Assembly: GCA_017654855.1 (NCBI GenBank)
Contig: CM030332.1
Location: 5,146,001-5,210,000, forward strand
Length of the DNA: 64,000 nt
Reading direction: 5' to 3'
Source of the DNA: Podospora anserina
Taxonomy: Eukaryota
Position 1 is the first letter of the stretch. Every line of letters begins with the position of its first letter. Below are positions 14,701-27,669 of this stretch, in pieces. The notes under the pieces were generated by a model. The model had not been told where the DNA came from and did no database searches. It was given only the letters and a program-made list of their open reading frames with translations. The position numbers and the translations under genes are program-made.

Positions 14701-17700
14701 TTGTTTGCTAGCGGGTTTTCTCTTGTTTTTTTGCTATAATTAGGTGACCGATCGTTTCCTGCTGGCCAGGGAATGGGTATGGAATGGGTTTCTGTCTGGA
14801 AAGAGGAGGTTGTCATATTGGTTGGCCTGGAAGCCGGGCCTTGGGGGTGTGCGGTTAGAGGGGGTTGACGAATTGTTTATCGAGTATCTGGTTGGCTGGC
14901 TGGGGCGTTGGTGACACAAACAGCACGTTTCTCTCTCCGGCGGCGTTGGGGGGTCTCTTGGGTTGGCAAGCACGCGGGGCATCGATTCGGAAGACGTAGG
15001 CGAAATGATCCTAGTCTATTCTTCGTTCACAGATCATGGCTTTTTTTGTAGGTTGGGTAGCAAGATGTGATTTGATAGCGTGTCTCGAACCCGGAGATGC
15101 GTGCTGGCGATGAACCGGAGAACACTCCGGTCGAGATTGTTTGCTACCTACCTCATCTATTGTTCTGGTTAATATGTGAGGTGTCATATCCCATGTAAGC
15201 AGCCCAGTCTCATCTGACAAGATCGCCGTGATACCCGTACTGAGGAAATGCAGGTGCTGATAATTTTGTTAAAGCCTGCGGCGCAAATAACCACACTTCC
15301 TCAAAGCCGTTGAAGAATGAGCCTCTTGGGTGCAGGTGAGGCAACGTTCCACATCGATCTCACTTGACTTGAGGTCGTCCAATGATACAAGGCAGAAGAA
15401 GTTGGGAAAAGGTATGCAAGCAGATGAGGCTCTGAAAGTGCACTTCTTTTTCATCTCTTCTTTGAAGAGAGAACATGAAGATGCGGAGCGGGAGCGGGAG
15501 GGCGCTCCCAGAAAGTGGGAGCAAAAGCCAACAAGTGCTCAAACCGAAGCGCAGAATCGGATGAAGAACCGGATAACGGCTGCTCGCCTGTGACGATACG
15601 CGACTGCCAACCAGAGGAGGGGATAGGAAGAGCGCCAAGTTTGTGAGAAGTGATAGGTTGGCCTCGCCGGTCTCCTCTTGTCCACATCCTCCGCAATCTC
15701 TCAGCCTTCCCCTTTTCGTCTTACCGATTGAAAGTGCAGATTGGGCCATATAAAGAGGCCAGAGAAAATGAATCTGAATAGAATATAGACACCGAAGCAT
15801 GGCGATGAACAGGATTTTGTCTCCTGGTTTTTGGGCATAGGGGTTCTCCAAGCCAATATTGTTGGTTGATATGACGTTGGGCATTGTTCTCGGCGGCCAG
15901 CCTCATGGGATGTTATCCGCAGAACATATAATCTCGGTTCGTCGTTGAACACCACCCCGAGTCTAGAATGTTTGAGGCGAGAGTAAATGCCTCAGTTTGA
16001 CGCATGCTGCGAGCAGCTTGCCGGCTTCTTTTTGACACTCGTCAAGCTCCTCCCCGTCTGCAGCAACCCCCGTGTATTTCCTTCGCCATCCAATCAGCAC
16101 GTCACCGGTTTCCTGCATAAGGCTTGATGTTCTCACTCTTTCATCTTCGGGTCTTCCATGGTCTTGCTCATTCATTGTATTCACCGCCATTCCTATCCCC
16201 AAATGTGATTCGACCGTTTCATCGCTCTTGGTTAGGTATATCCAAGTACTTCAGTGTATTGTTCGGGTACCTTTTATGATTTCATGTTGTTGATGAGCCC
16301 GACGTATGGTGGGTTCCGCATGCATCACCACACTCCGGTAGCCTCCCGTAAAAATGTGGGGGAAACAGGAGTAGAAAGGATATGCGAAACGTCACACCGC
16401 AGCGGCTGATGGCCGCCTCGAAATCTTTATGGGGTGGAAGAGATAAGAGGACCGGCCAAAAGCGATTGAAGCCTCGATTAACCGTCCCCTCTTCTCTTGT
16501 TGTTTTCAGGGGAAGAGGATATGGTTACTGAGTGCCACCGCCGTGCTTTCTCGTGCGTTATCCAAAGTTCTCACGGTTCCACATAGAACATTTTCCGACA
16601 GGCTGCTGATGATCTGAAGGGCGGTGTACATCTGTGAAAGGGGTGGTCAGCAAAGCTGCTCCTGATTCTGCGAGTAAGCACGGGTGAGAACTTTGGGCAA
16701 ACGTCAACTGGTCTGTCGCGCCACAACTACCCCATGGACTCCAGCAAGAATTGTTGTCTACAATGGTGACGAGATTCCCCTCATGCCGGAGGAAAGCGAG
16801 GCTCGCCCTCTAACGCTCTGTGGGCAACGAGCTGCCTGCAAATGTCTCCGTGTCGCCTTGGGCCGCGAAGTTCTGACAACGTGACGGCAAAAGGGCAGCG
16901 CATTTTGGGTGTGATATTCGGTTTTACAACCGGCGAGGGCTTGTGATAAGAGGCTACGGCCTTCCAGGTAGAGATAACTGCTCACCAAAGAAGGGATGAA
17001 CCTTGCTGGTCTCCACAGCTGTATTGTCTGAAAGGCTACGACTCACCAAGTCGATATCCATAGCTGCCCAACCCCTCCGGAAAGGCGCAGACAGCACCCT
17101 GGAAAAGCGAATAAGCCGGCTGAAGCGGCGATGGCCCCTGTTCCCCTGGTCTGCAGCGTTCCGTGCAGGACAAGTCCCGTGCCCGAGTGTGTCCGAGCCG
17201 TATAAGTGAACGGCAATATGCCATCCGGTCTGGATATGAGCCAGTCATAATTGTTCTGAAGCGACAGTCCTGATAATAGACTAGTCCAACGTGTGTCGTT
17301 GAGCGAGTGAGGGTAGATACATACCACACCGCTATTTTGAGCCGCACCAACAGGACTGAAGTTGAATATCTTCTGGAGATCTCCAAGTGAAGCGCATTCT
17401 GAGGACCGACCCAAGGAAAGATAGGCGTTCAGCAAAAGACCGCATAGTTCTTTAGACCACTCCTTCAACTACCACATCTCTCTCTGAGGCGTCATTGCAT
17501 TCTCCCGAGGATTCCACACTCCAAATTCTGAGATATTGGACTCGGTGTGGTGTAAATATGTGCCTTCCCGTCGCTTGATTACAACCAGTGTAGCAAGCAA
17601 GGAAGGGGCGCCGCGGTAGGCGGGACTCCGTCTTCTGGCTCACATAATCGGAACCTGTGACGTCTCAAGAGGGGTACCGTGACAGAAGCTGCACGAACAC

Positions 17701-17862
17701 AGCAGCGTAGCACTTGGAATGTGTGGTTTATAAAAGCGTAGAAGTCCGGATACTCCTTCGCCAAGGGCAGTCTTCCTACATTCACACTTCAGATCAGCGT
17801 CCCAGTATCCAAAACCAGAACAGCAGTTCAAGACCACCTTACCCAAGACACCATACTTCAAC

Positions 17863-18513
17863 ATGACTTTGATGAAAAGCGAAGAGCAAACCACATCGTC
17901 AACCGGCCCAACAATCACCCCTCTTTCATCCTACCCAGCCATGCTCCGTCTTGACGAGGACGAGGAGAATGCTTCGTACGGGCTTTCCTCTGAGAAAGGC
18001 CCCTCTGGCAGCTACGTTGCTGCGTACCCGGAATCTGACGACAGATTGGCGACGGGCAAGACCAACCAAGAGAATCTCAGCCATGTTGGCGCTCGCTTCA
18101 TGTCGACAACGGGAACAGGGCGGGATGATGCCGCTAGTCGGACAGAACTGGACAAGGAGACGAAGAAAATCAAGGACACGTGCTTGGTTTCAGTTCGAGA
18201 TGAACTAGGCCGAAGTTTGACTTGGTACGTCACAGGCCAACTACCAGTCCTGAAAGGTTGGGCTTTAATGCTAACAGAAGGTTTTCGTTTCGGAAGCCGC
18301 CATAGTGATAGCACTTTCTGGTGCGAGCGGTGCGCCATTAAGGTCAACAGCAATCCAGGGTCGTCTACTCCTCGTGCAATTCCCGAGACCAAGGTGCTCG
18401 AGATTCATTTAAGAAAGAATCGGCAGTCGGAAAGGGTAGTGCTGAAGAAACCGAGGACAGTGGTGAATTTACCAGAGAGTGTAGAGGGAGCGCCGAGTTC
18501 AACACAGAAGTAG
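17863..18513 (+). CDS. Hypothetical orphan protein (216 aa ORF; probable intron starting 18225)
   Basis: Good start context aacATG, hydrophilic ORF. GTACGT donor at 18225 and GCTAAC branch at 18270; an acceptor at 18305 would keep the frame. WCERC motif. Confidence 0.5.
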   Translation: MTLMKSEEQTTSSTGPTITPLSSYPAMLRLDEDEENASYGLSSEKGPSGSYVAAYPESDDRLATGKTNQENLSHVGARFMSTTGTGRDDAASRTELDKETKKIKDTCLVSVRDELGRSLTWYVTGQLPVLKGWALMLTEGFRFGSRHSDSTFWCERCAIKVNSNPGSSTPRAIPETKVLEIHLRKNRQSERVVLKKPRTVVNLPESVEGAPSSTQK

Positions 18514-19982
18514 GCTGGAACGCGACAGAATAGGTGGACAAACAGGTCTCGTTATGGTTGACTGCTTTGTCTCTCAATAGGTTCTTTCCATGCCAGAATT
18601 CTTTCGTGGTGCGAAATCTGGTTGTCGCATCCCGGTACAGCCCAACGCCAAAAATATCCAATATTATGCATACCAAGAGGCAGCGTGACTTGCCGGAAAA
18701 GACGCTCTCTCCGATCTCTGGTTGCTTCTCGAATCGAGTGATAGTTCATTTGCTGCATATTGCTGAACAACTCCCCCGCACGCACCAAGTCTCCTGTCGA
18801 ACATGTGGCGTGCGCCTCTACCAATCTTCTATTTGCATGACGGATGAAATGGGACGGTGGCATATGTCCAGGTTCAAGATCTACACTGCTGCTTTCCCCA
18901 TCGAAGCAACGCAACCATCAATGAAGACACCCACACTGACGGTAGATTTCATCAGTGGTTGAAGTGCGGGAAGTCTGAGAGCTCACCAATGCAACTTGGA
19001 TGGGTCGCCATGCCTTGATATCTGCCGCTTCGATGAAACAACGGGGTGAGGTGGTGGGGGCGTGCTGCAAGCGGACCATTTCGTCGAGAATTTCTTCAGC
19101 ATCTGAACAAAACTTGCGGGTGATAGACTCGGCAGAAATATTGGCGTTTTATTGGCGGTAGTCCGGATTGGAATGGTCATGGAGGGTGCCCGGTCGACAT
19201 CTGCCAATATGAATACCAGACCTCGCTCTTGGACAAATCCGCTGCCCCTTCTCCTGTGTATTCAGACATATTGTCGAGTTTTTCGACCAACTGAACCACC
19301 AGTGTTTATCTATAACCCAATTCAGGACTCCCTGGACGGTTTGCCCGAACCAGCACCGATGTGGAACCAGCATGATTGGTCTCCCTCACGATGGACTATC
19401 GCTCGCTCTCCAGAAGTTCCCGCACACCCAATAGGGCTTCCACAGCAAGTTATCCGTCACCGCCTGTTCCAAAAGTTGCCCGACTGGTCGACAACATGTA
19501 CCCTAGGGTCTTCTTGTGTGTCCGGCTGCCACGTGATGGATGGTGTGAGAGTTGGTGATTGTTTCCTGGATACTTGGGGGCCTTCTCGGAACATGGCTAG
19601 AACATGAGCTGGGCTGGCCAGTGGATAGTTGAGGTGAGATGGCCGTGTTGGATGCTGTCGGTGTGTACAGGTATGCCAATCGCTGTCGAGGGTAGCTCCC
19701 TGCCCAACCCTAGGTAGTTTGTCATCACTTCCGCTCCTGCGAGAGTGTCTTGCCCCGAGCCTTACTTGCCTAGAACACGTGTAATGACATGAACCGCAGT
19801 ATACCAGTTTCTTTTTTTCCGTCGTCAGGGACCAGACGACAAGCTCCACGACAACCCCTTCATAGCCCAACCGTTTACCCTTTCCATGAGGCTGTGGATT
19901 TCGGAAACAAAAGTCTTGACACCGCCGGACCTTTTTCTGACCTTTGTCCCTATCTCCATCTAAATGATAACCCTGCCACAAG

Positions 19983-21830
19983 ATGGCCGATCCTGCTCAA
20001 TGCAACCCCGAGGCGCAATGTTGCCTGACTGATGGCGCAGACCACCAAGGAGGTGATGTGAACCCACACCACCTACACGACGCACCTGCGGATGTCGACT
20101 CCATTGACGAACAAACCACAACCACATCGACCTCTGGCGACGGTGAAGAGGTCCACGGCAATTGTGTCAGCCCTGATGACCCACCGCCACCTCTAGAATC
20201 ATCCGGCAACTCTGCTTCCGTGGCTGGCGTTGCCTCCAGGCTGAATCTCTCTAGCCATGCGGCAAGCTCGTCTGGTCGAGCTTGGTCCATTTCCTCCAGG
20301 TAAGCGCGCTACTGGCTATGGTGATGGATGACATGATGAATGCTGATTGTCCTTTAGATTGACGCTGTCTGACAACGGGGACGACAGCACTGTTGGTGAT
20401 CACGGTACCGACATCGTGATGCCGTTCCTGGACAGCGACAGAGAGAATCTACCCTCCCGATTTCTAAACCCGGCCTATGAGAGGACCACCGGAGAGAGTC
20501 AAAACCGAGTTGCGATCTTGTTGGCCGATGATGTTGCGGTACCCGGAATCATTCCACCACCGTACCTGTACCCGGCCGAGATCGCGCTGGAGGATCTGCT
20601 TTGACGACGGCATGCCTGAGTGGGATTCAGAGATGTATGGAGATGTGCGTTGTCGTTGGCGGAAACATTGGGACGATGTACGGAGAGCAGAAGACGAGCG
20701 AGAAGACCAGACACCAGCAGCTTCGATGCGCAGACAGATAAGCCACCAGTGGGGTACGGGCCTTCCTCCTCCGTCAACCAGATTATGTCCGGAGGCAGGA
20801 GTATATGGTAATAATTGGAATTCGAATTGGGCTTCCGGGGGAAAGAAGTTTAGAAAAATTTCAAAAAGCTTGTCGCCACTGCAGACCGCTTGTTCTAGGA
20901 TGTTCCCTAACCCACGCAATCTTCAACACTATTGCCCCTTTGTTGCTTTTTCCTAGACCGCATACTTCTTTCAGCTTGTATGGATGCCATCAAGGGCAAC
21001 ATCAACCATCCGACATGGCGGTCCCCTCAACAAGTGCCAATATCATTGAGAGATGTCAGCCAGCTGACCAGTGCTTACGCCATCTACAGTCTTATATCGG
21101 AGACCTCTGGCATAATGATTGGGCCACGGTGACAAATCACCGTCCGACAACCAAAACCTCCATATGTTTGAGCCAGTCGGACGGCAACCTACATTGAACC
21201 CCGCCCCAGTGACCAGGAAACGCTATAGGGTATCCCGTCCCGCCGACCCAATCGTATACGTTCCTGCGTGCTCCTCCTGTTCTCTGCATGAGCCCTCGAG
21301 CTGATGGTCATTGTGCGATGAATTGCTTGGCAGAATTCGACATGATAGGGTATACCTAATCACCGACGTCCAACTCCACCAACCGGCCTTTTCATACGAC
21401 AAAGGCGCTGAAACAGAGCTATATATGGGTCCCACAAGGGATGTTCCCGGCTCCGTTAGCCGGTCTCCGCCCGGGAGCAACCGAATTGAGATCGCCGTAC
21501 GTTAATCGCCGGTAATCGCCCTAAAACCCCAGTCCCGACGACCCCTGGTGAAGATCATCAGCTTGGCAAACCGGGGAGGAATCCCCCAAGTGGAGAGCGG
21601 AGCACAGATGCAAGAGGATGCGTTGTGGGCACTCGGCCGGTGGTCCAAATGCATTTATGCGGTCTGTGAGGTAGTGCTTCATGCGTTGACACAACTTTCC
21701 AGATCCCCATCGAGACACGAAGACTGTTCTAGGTGTCCAGTGATACCAACAAGGCCTCAAAGAAGCAGCTTTGCTGACACCAGTACCGACCTCGCTTTCA
21801 AAGATGGCTCCAGCTTCCCTTGGGCTTAGT
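19983..21830 (+). pseudogene. Spliced orphan gene decayed by frameshifts and stops
   Basis: Exon 19983-20299 and intron GTAAGC...TAG 20300-20357 join in frame to RLTLSDNGDD...EDLL*. Protein-like text resumes in shifted frames (FDDGMPEWDSEMYGDVRCRWRKHWDD...; 20932-21132; 21119-21304; 21311-21505). Confidence 0.5.
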
Positions 21831-22291
21831 GGCCTCTACCATCGCCTACAAACTACCAACAATGCGAAGCCCAGGATGATAATCACCAACGTTACCAAGT
21901 TTTGTGACAGGTTCTGGGCAACATAGGAGCCTTGCAGCCTACCTGAGAAGCAAGACAATGATCTGCGTCCAAGGCTTCGTAGCCCAGAGCTGTTTTCGGT
22001 CTCGTGCTGAAGGGATGGGGTCCCTGCGCTTCATATCCTTGCCTTTGCCTGTATGTCTGGATGCAAACTGACTAGCCCGCGAAACCGATGCATGGGATGG
22101 GAACGCCGATGATAGCCTGACGGGCGGGATCTCCGTTGTTTGCGAAGTTTGTGAGGTGAACCCAACGGCAGGGAAGAGCGAGGAAAAACGCTTACCAAAG
22201 TCTTTAGTTGCCAGTACATCAATGCGTCTGACCTTGCTCACCCTTTGAACTCTGAGATTTTGACCTGAATCCTGGGCTTCGAATTTCTGCC

Positions 22292-23042
22292 ATGGACTCG
22301 ATGAACAACCCTGCTCAATACCCGCTTCATGGACAACAGCCGGGTGACGATATCGATACACGAAGCCATGATACTTTGACCGCGCCCAGCCCTTTTAACA
22401 ACCTCCTTCCCGGATCCATGGAACAAGAGGCCTATGGCTTGCCCGAAGTCGAATGCTCAGCACCCCCCTGGAGGGGATACCAGGAGCCTTATGGCTTGGA
22501 CAACGATATTATCGAGGCACAGCCACTAGGAGTTACCGACCCTTGGCACCCCAGATATGCTTACCCCATATTCATGCGAACCATCGATGCAAATCAGCCA
22601 GGAACCGGCTCAGTTTTTGTCACCTGCCTCTAGTAATCCCGAAGTTGCACAGCATCAGTCCCTTGAACAGGGCCAAGATCAAGTGCTTCGATGGAAGCCA
22701 CCGTCGACCCCCTGTTCGCCAGCGAGGAAGAAGAACAGCGTCTCGCGAACCCTTAGTCCGTCGTCGCCTCCAGAAGCAACCCCCGCCGAAACACAAGACC
22801 AACTAGAGAAAGCCCAGGCTCACCGCCGCAAAATCAAGACTCAATCAAGACTGAAGGCAAAAACAACTTGGCAAAATCTTGTGTTGGAATCCGCTGCTTT
22901 ACAGATTCAGAATGCAGACCTTGCTGCCCAGTTCAGGTCGCTGGGGGAGCAGATTCTTGGGCTGAGGAACCAACTGTTGGTTCATGCGCACTGTGATGGG
23001 AGCATCGCCGAGTGTTTAACGCAAACTGCAGACAAGATGTGA
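22292..23042 (+). pseudogene. Degenerate Atf1/Atf21-type bZIP gene split over two frames
   Basis: ORF 22557-23042 has a leucine heptad region ending LRNQLLVHAHCD, typical of fungal ATF bZIPs. The N-terminal ORF 22292-22633 (gccATG) is in another frame with no evident intron. Confidence 0.55.
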
Positions 23043-24363
23043 GTTAAATGATCTTTTCTTAGACTATGGCCGGAGCTGCTCGAGATACTAACTTGAACGT
23101 GAACGTATGTAGAGTTGCAACGGCTGAACAGCAATTTCAGCACAGCAGGAGTTGTCAAACTTGTTCCGTCCCTACTGTATCGGCGGAGACGACCGCAGCG
23201 TTTGTTGCTAACGAGGAGGAAGCTTATCAGGACGAAGCTTGACGACCTTTTCGACGAAGCATGAGATTGCGATGATTTGGGGATATGTTTTCCACTACAA
23301 TAATATACGAGGCGTTGGTTAGGGGTAGGTGTACTGGAAAGCTGGCTGCTAGGTCCAAATAAATGATATCCCCGAAAGCGATTGGAATGATAGAATGGTG
23401 TTTTTGGGAAACATGTTGAAGGCTTTTCTCGGGATTGGTTGCGTTTTGTTAGGGGTTCTTCGGTATAACACGCCTTGTTTGGGTTTTTCTCATTGGCTGT
23501 GAGCGCTTCGACGGCTCGAGTCTTGCGCTGGATCTTTCAAGATGATAAAACTTCTATAAACTCATGCAAAAATTTCTTGGACCACAGATTAACCATAACC
23601 TGAGGCATCTGCTCCGTTTGAAGGTGATATCCAATACATGATGGTATCACCAAGACAGAAGAGGCCGCCAAGGTATTTACAGCTGTGCAGCCCTGCAAAA
23701 TGGTGGATTTCAAGTGGCTATTTAGCGCCTCGGTTCCATTTTTACCAAGCCCAGGTCCTCAGCCGGCCGCCGTGTGACTCAGCCCGGGGTATTGAGCAAA
23801 CACTAAGCACCACTAAGAATTGTTGTTGATCTACGACGACGAGCCTGAAGAACTGGGCTGTGGCGCGTACTCCCTTGCCGTCAAGGGCATGATAAATGCG
23901 ACGCAACTGTCAAACGCAGTTATAACTTGGCCTTCATCCCTTTTTAAAGCTGTGCCATACCGCCTCTTGTTTGATCCAAACGTGGTTGGTTTTCCGTTTG
24001 CCAATCGTCGAGGTCATATTTCGAAGAAAGCCAAGTTGCTCCTTCCTCTCCCTCTCTCTTGTCATCTCGCATATCTTCTAGCCCGGGTTGCTCTTGCTCA
24101 TAACTTGTTATCGGAATTTAAACCGCCCCAACTGTTGCATTTGAAATCGATTTTTTTATTAAATAAGAAACAGGCAAATTCCCCCCACCAGGAGACAACA
24201 GCTGGCGTAAAAGCGGAAAGTCAGCAGAAGAGGTCACCTTCCTCCCCCCCCACCACCAAGTGAGCCTCTCAACCCCACTCACAACAACCACAACACTCAA
24301 CACTCAACAACAACAACAATAATAACCACCACTGAATACGGCGTGTCGTCAACAACAGCAAAT

Positions 24364-25705
24364 ATGGAAAAGCAACGACCCGTTATCGAACTCGACGGGA
24401 GGACAGGTGAAGGAGGCGGCCAGCTGGTGCGCATAGCATGTGCACTCGCCGCCGTCGCCACCGTCCCAATCCGCATAACACATGTCCGTGGGAATCGTGA
24501 AGGCCCTCGGGGAGGTGCCAAAGGCGGAGGTTAGTTTCTTGTTTTCCTCCCCTCATCACTGCCCTTTGACTAACAAACTCCCCGTAGGTCTCAAATCCCA
24601 ACACGTCACCGCCATCGAATATCTCGCCACAGCAACCAACGCCGAAGTCGACGGACTCTCCGTCGGCTCTCACACCCTCGATTTCCGCCCTCGCCTCAAG
24701 CCCTCCTCCCTCAAATCCCGCACCATCAAGATCGAAGCCGACTCCCCCGCCGCTTCGACCCTCCTCATCTTCCAGGCCATCTTTCCCTTCCTTCTATTTT
24801 CTGGCAGCAGCGACAAGGTCGACGAGCCAATAACGCTCGAGCTCTCGGGCGGAACCAACGTCTCCTTCTCCCTCAGCTACGAGTACCTCGACCAAGTCCT
24901 CTTACCAACCCTCGAAAACGCCTTTGGCATCGTCGTGCAGCGGAAGCTGATTTCCCGCGGGTGGAGTCTGGGTAAAGCATCACGGGGAAAGTGCTCGTTT
25001 CAGTTCAACCCTCTTAGGGCAGGGGAGACGTTAACGTTCAAGGACAATGGGTTGGGCGAGATTTACGGCGGTGGTCCGGGGGATGTCGATCTCGAAGCTA
25101 TTAACGTGTCGATGATCGTCCCCTTTTCCATGCAAGAGTCCATGATGCAGGCACTCGTGACAGACTTGGAGGAGATGTTTCCTGATGTGGAGGTCAATTT
25201 CAAGGTGACGGAGGATTCGGGGCAGGACTCGAGGATATACGTCCTGCTGGTAGGAAGGTCGGGCGAACTAAGGTGGGGGAGGGATATGCTCACTTCGACG
25301 CCGAAGAAGACAAAGGCTAAGGGGTCGGCGATGAGCTCGGAGTCGTTGAGCCAGAGTTTGTCGAGGAAGTTGTGCAAGGAACTGTTTGACGAAGTTTCTG
25401 CGGGGGGCGTGGTGGATGAGTTTTTGCAGGACCAGCTGGCGATTTTCCAGGCTTTGGCTGAGGGAAAGACGTCGTTCCCGCGGACTCATGATGAGAATGG
25501 CGAGTTGGAGCAGGCCTTGAACAAGCTCAGCCTGGATGAGAAGTTACGGAAGGATAAGACTATCATTCCGTTTGGAGAGGGGAGTTTGCATGCCAAGACA
25601 GCCAGGTGGGTGACGGCGGAGCTGTTGCCTGAGGTCAAGTGGTACAACAAGGGGAGGATATGCCATGGTGTTGGTATGCAGATGGAGAAGATGTCAACGC
25701 GGTAA
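24364..25705 (+). CDS. RNA 3'-terminal phosphate cyclase (RtcA/RTCA class); exons 24364-24529, 24588-25705
   Basis: IELDGRTGEGGGQLVR, GLKSQH, GGTNV, VDEFLQDQL and SLHAKT (candidate catalytic His). Intron GTTAGT...ACTAAC...TAG 24530-24587. Confidence 0.9.
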
Positions 25706-26032
25706 AGAGGCATACCTGAATGCACTGTTGTCGTGGCCATTTGTGGTGGCTATAAGGTAGCGGTAGTAGCAGTGGAACAACCACATTGGTTTGAACCAGC
25801 ATTGGCTTTTTGGGGAATCTCCTGGTCTGGGAATTAGTTATTTGACACCACACAGATACTAATCTGAACGAAATCTCTTGGCATCTGTGATGTCTCAAGA
25901 AGGATTTCGAGGTTTCTCTGAAACTGATTAGTGCCGAGGCGCATGTGTTGGAAGTAAAGCCGTCATTCAATGGTGATTGATGGATCATCTAGGTTGGGTT
26001 CACAGGCTATATTGGCTTTTACTTTACTGTGT

Positions 26033-27669
26033 TCAAGGCCTGTGCCGTTCATAGGCCTCGGCCTCCTTTTGCTGTCTCTCCACGAGCTCGAGGACCTCTT
26101 GGCTGTAGAGGTCCTCGAGAGACTTGTCGCCCAAAAGCACCTCTTTCTGATGCCTGACAGCCTCCTCCTTGGTCATGCAGACCAAGTCACGGAGCCTGAG
26201 GTTGGAAGACTTTTGCTCGTCTTTGCCCTCGCCGATGCGGACGAGGGTGGTGGTGGCGGGCTTCCTCCACCGGATGAGCATGAGCTTTGTGGGGACGCCG
26301 GTCACGGCACTTCTGCCTCTGAAGGCCTCTTCGATCAAGAAGGCGATGTCTCCGGGTGTGATGGGCACCTTGAGACCGACGCAGACGTCGGTGCGGCCTC
26401 CTTCGATCATGCGCACCACCTTCTCCTCGCTGGCCTGGACGTAGGCGAGGATGGCCTCGTACATCTTGTCGCGAGCCTTGGCGGGTTGGTAGTCCATTGG
26501 GTAGCCTGAGCGGTTGTTAGCGTGTGTCGGCTTCAGCGAGGGGTAGAGACAGTGAAAATCAGCTTACCGGTGATCTTCAAAATGACATGATTCGCAGCCA
26601 CATATCCAAAAACCGCCGGCATAGTTCCCAACACGGGCAGAATCCTCACCCTAAAATCCGGCAGCGCACCTAAATCCCCGACATCCCCCTTCTTGAACTC
26701 CTCCTCCGACAGCGGCAAAAGCGCCGCCTTGCCCTCGCCCATCTTCTCGGTCGAGTACACCACTGGAATCCCGCTCGTGACCCCCAAAAGCTTCAGCTTC
26801 CTCCTCGTCGCCCTGGAAAGCCCATCCTCGAAACTCGCCCCGATATCTCCCACCATCACCCTGGTGGGATCGCTCTTCGTGCCCGCCCCCATGGCCGAAA
26901 TCACAGGCAGCCCATTGTCGTGACAGTACTTGAGCAGCTCGACCTTGCTCTCAATGTTGTCAATTGCATCAATCACAAAATCCGGCCTCTGCCCGCCTTC
27001 CCAATCCCCGAGTAGATCACCCGCCACCGACCCATCAAACTTTTGAAGCCTCAGATCAAACTTTGTCCACGGTGTTATGGCGCACAACCTACGCTGGAGA
27101 CACTGGACCTTGGGGAGACCGACGTCTGCGAGGGTGGCGACGGCGTGACGGTTGAGAGAGGAGAGGGTGACTTGGTCAAAGTCGATGAGGCGGATTTTGC
27201 TCACGCCGGAGCGGGAGAGGGCGGCGCAGGCGTGGGAGCCGACGCCGCCGCAGCCGACGATGATCACGAAGGCATTGCGGAGTTTGGAGAGGCCTTGGTC
27301 GGAGAGGAAGACGCGGTTGCGGGCGAGCTGCTCGAGGATGAGCTCGTCGTCGAAGTCGCCTGCTTGGGCGCGCTGGGCGAGGAGGAAGTTGTGTTCGTCT
27401 TCTTTGTCGGGTTTGGGGAGGGGGCCGACGCGGGTGAGCTAGGGGGAGGGGGATGTTAGCGGTTTTTGGGTGTGGGAGGGGGGAGGGGGGTTTACTTTTT
27501 GGACGCCGGATTCGTCGTCGCCTGGGTTGGGGATGGACTGCTTTAAGCGGTTGAGCCGTGAGTCTTTTTGGAGTCGTTGGTAGCTAAGGATTGCGCCGGC
27601 GGCGACGGCTGCGGAGACGACGGCTGTTGCGGCTAGTTGCACCTTGTTGTTGCTGGTGAGGGATGACAT
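26033..27669 (-). CDS. tRNA threonylcarbamoyladenosine dehydratase (ThiF/E1-like, TCD1/TCD2 family); exons 27669-27496, 27438-26568, 26505-26033
   Basis: N-terminal TM anchor, ELILEQLARNRVFL, VGCGGVGS, DFDQVTLSSLNRH, DAIDN, ILPVLGTMP motifs; both introns canonical and frame-restoring. Confidence 0.93.

Noticed and set aside
25970-26509. 179-aa plus-strand ORF
   Set aside because: Antisense shadow of the last TCD exon.
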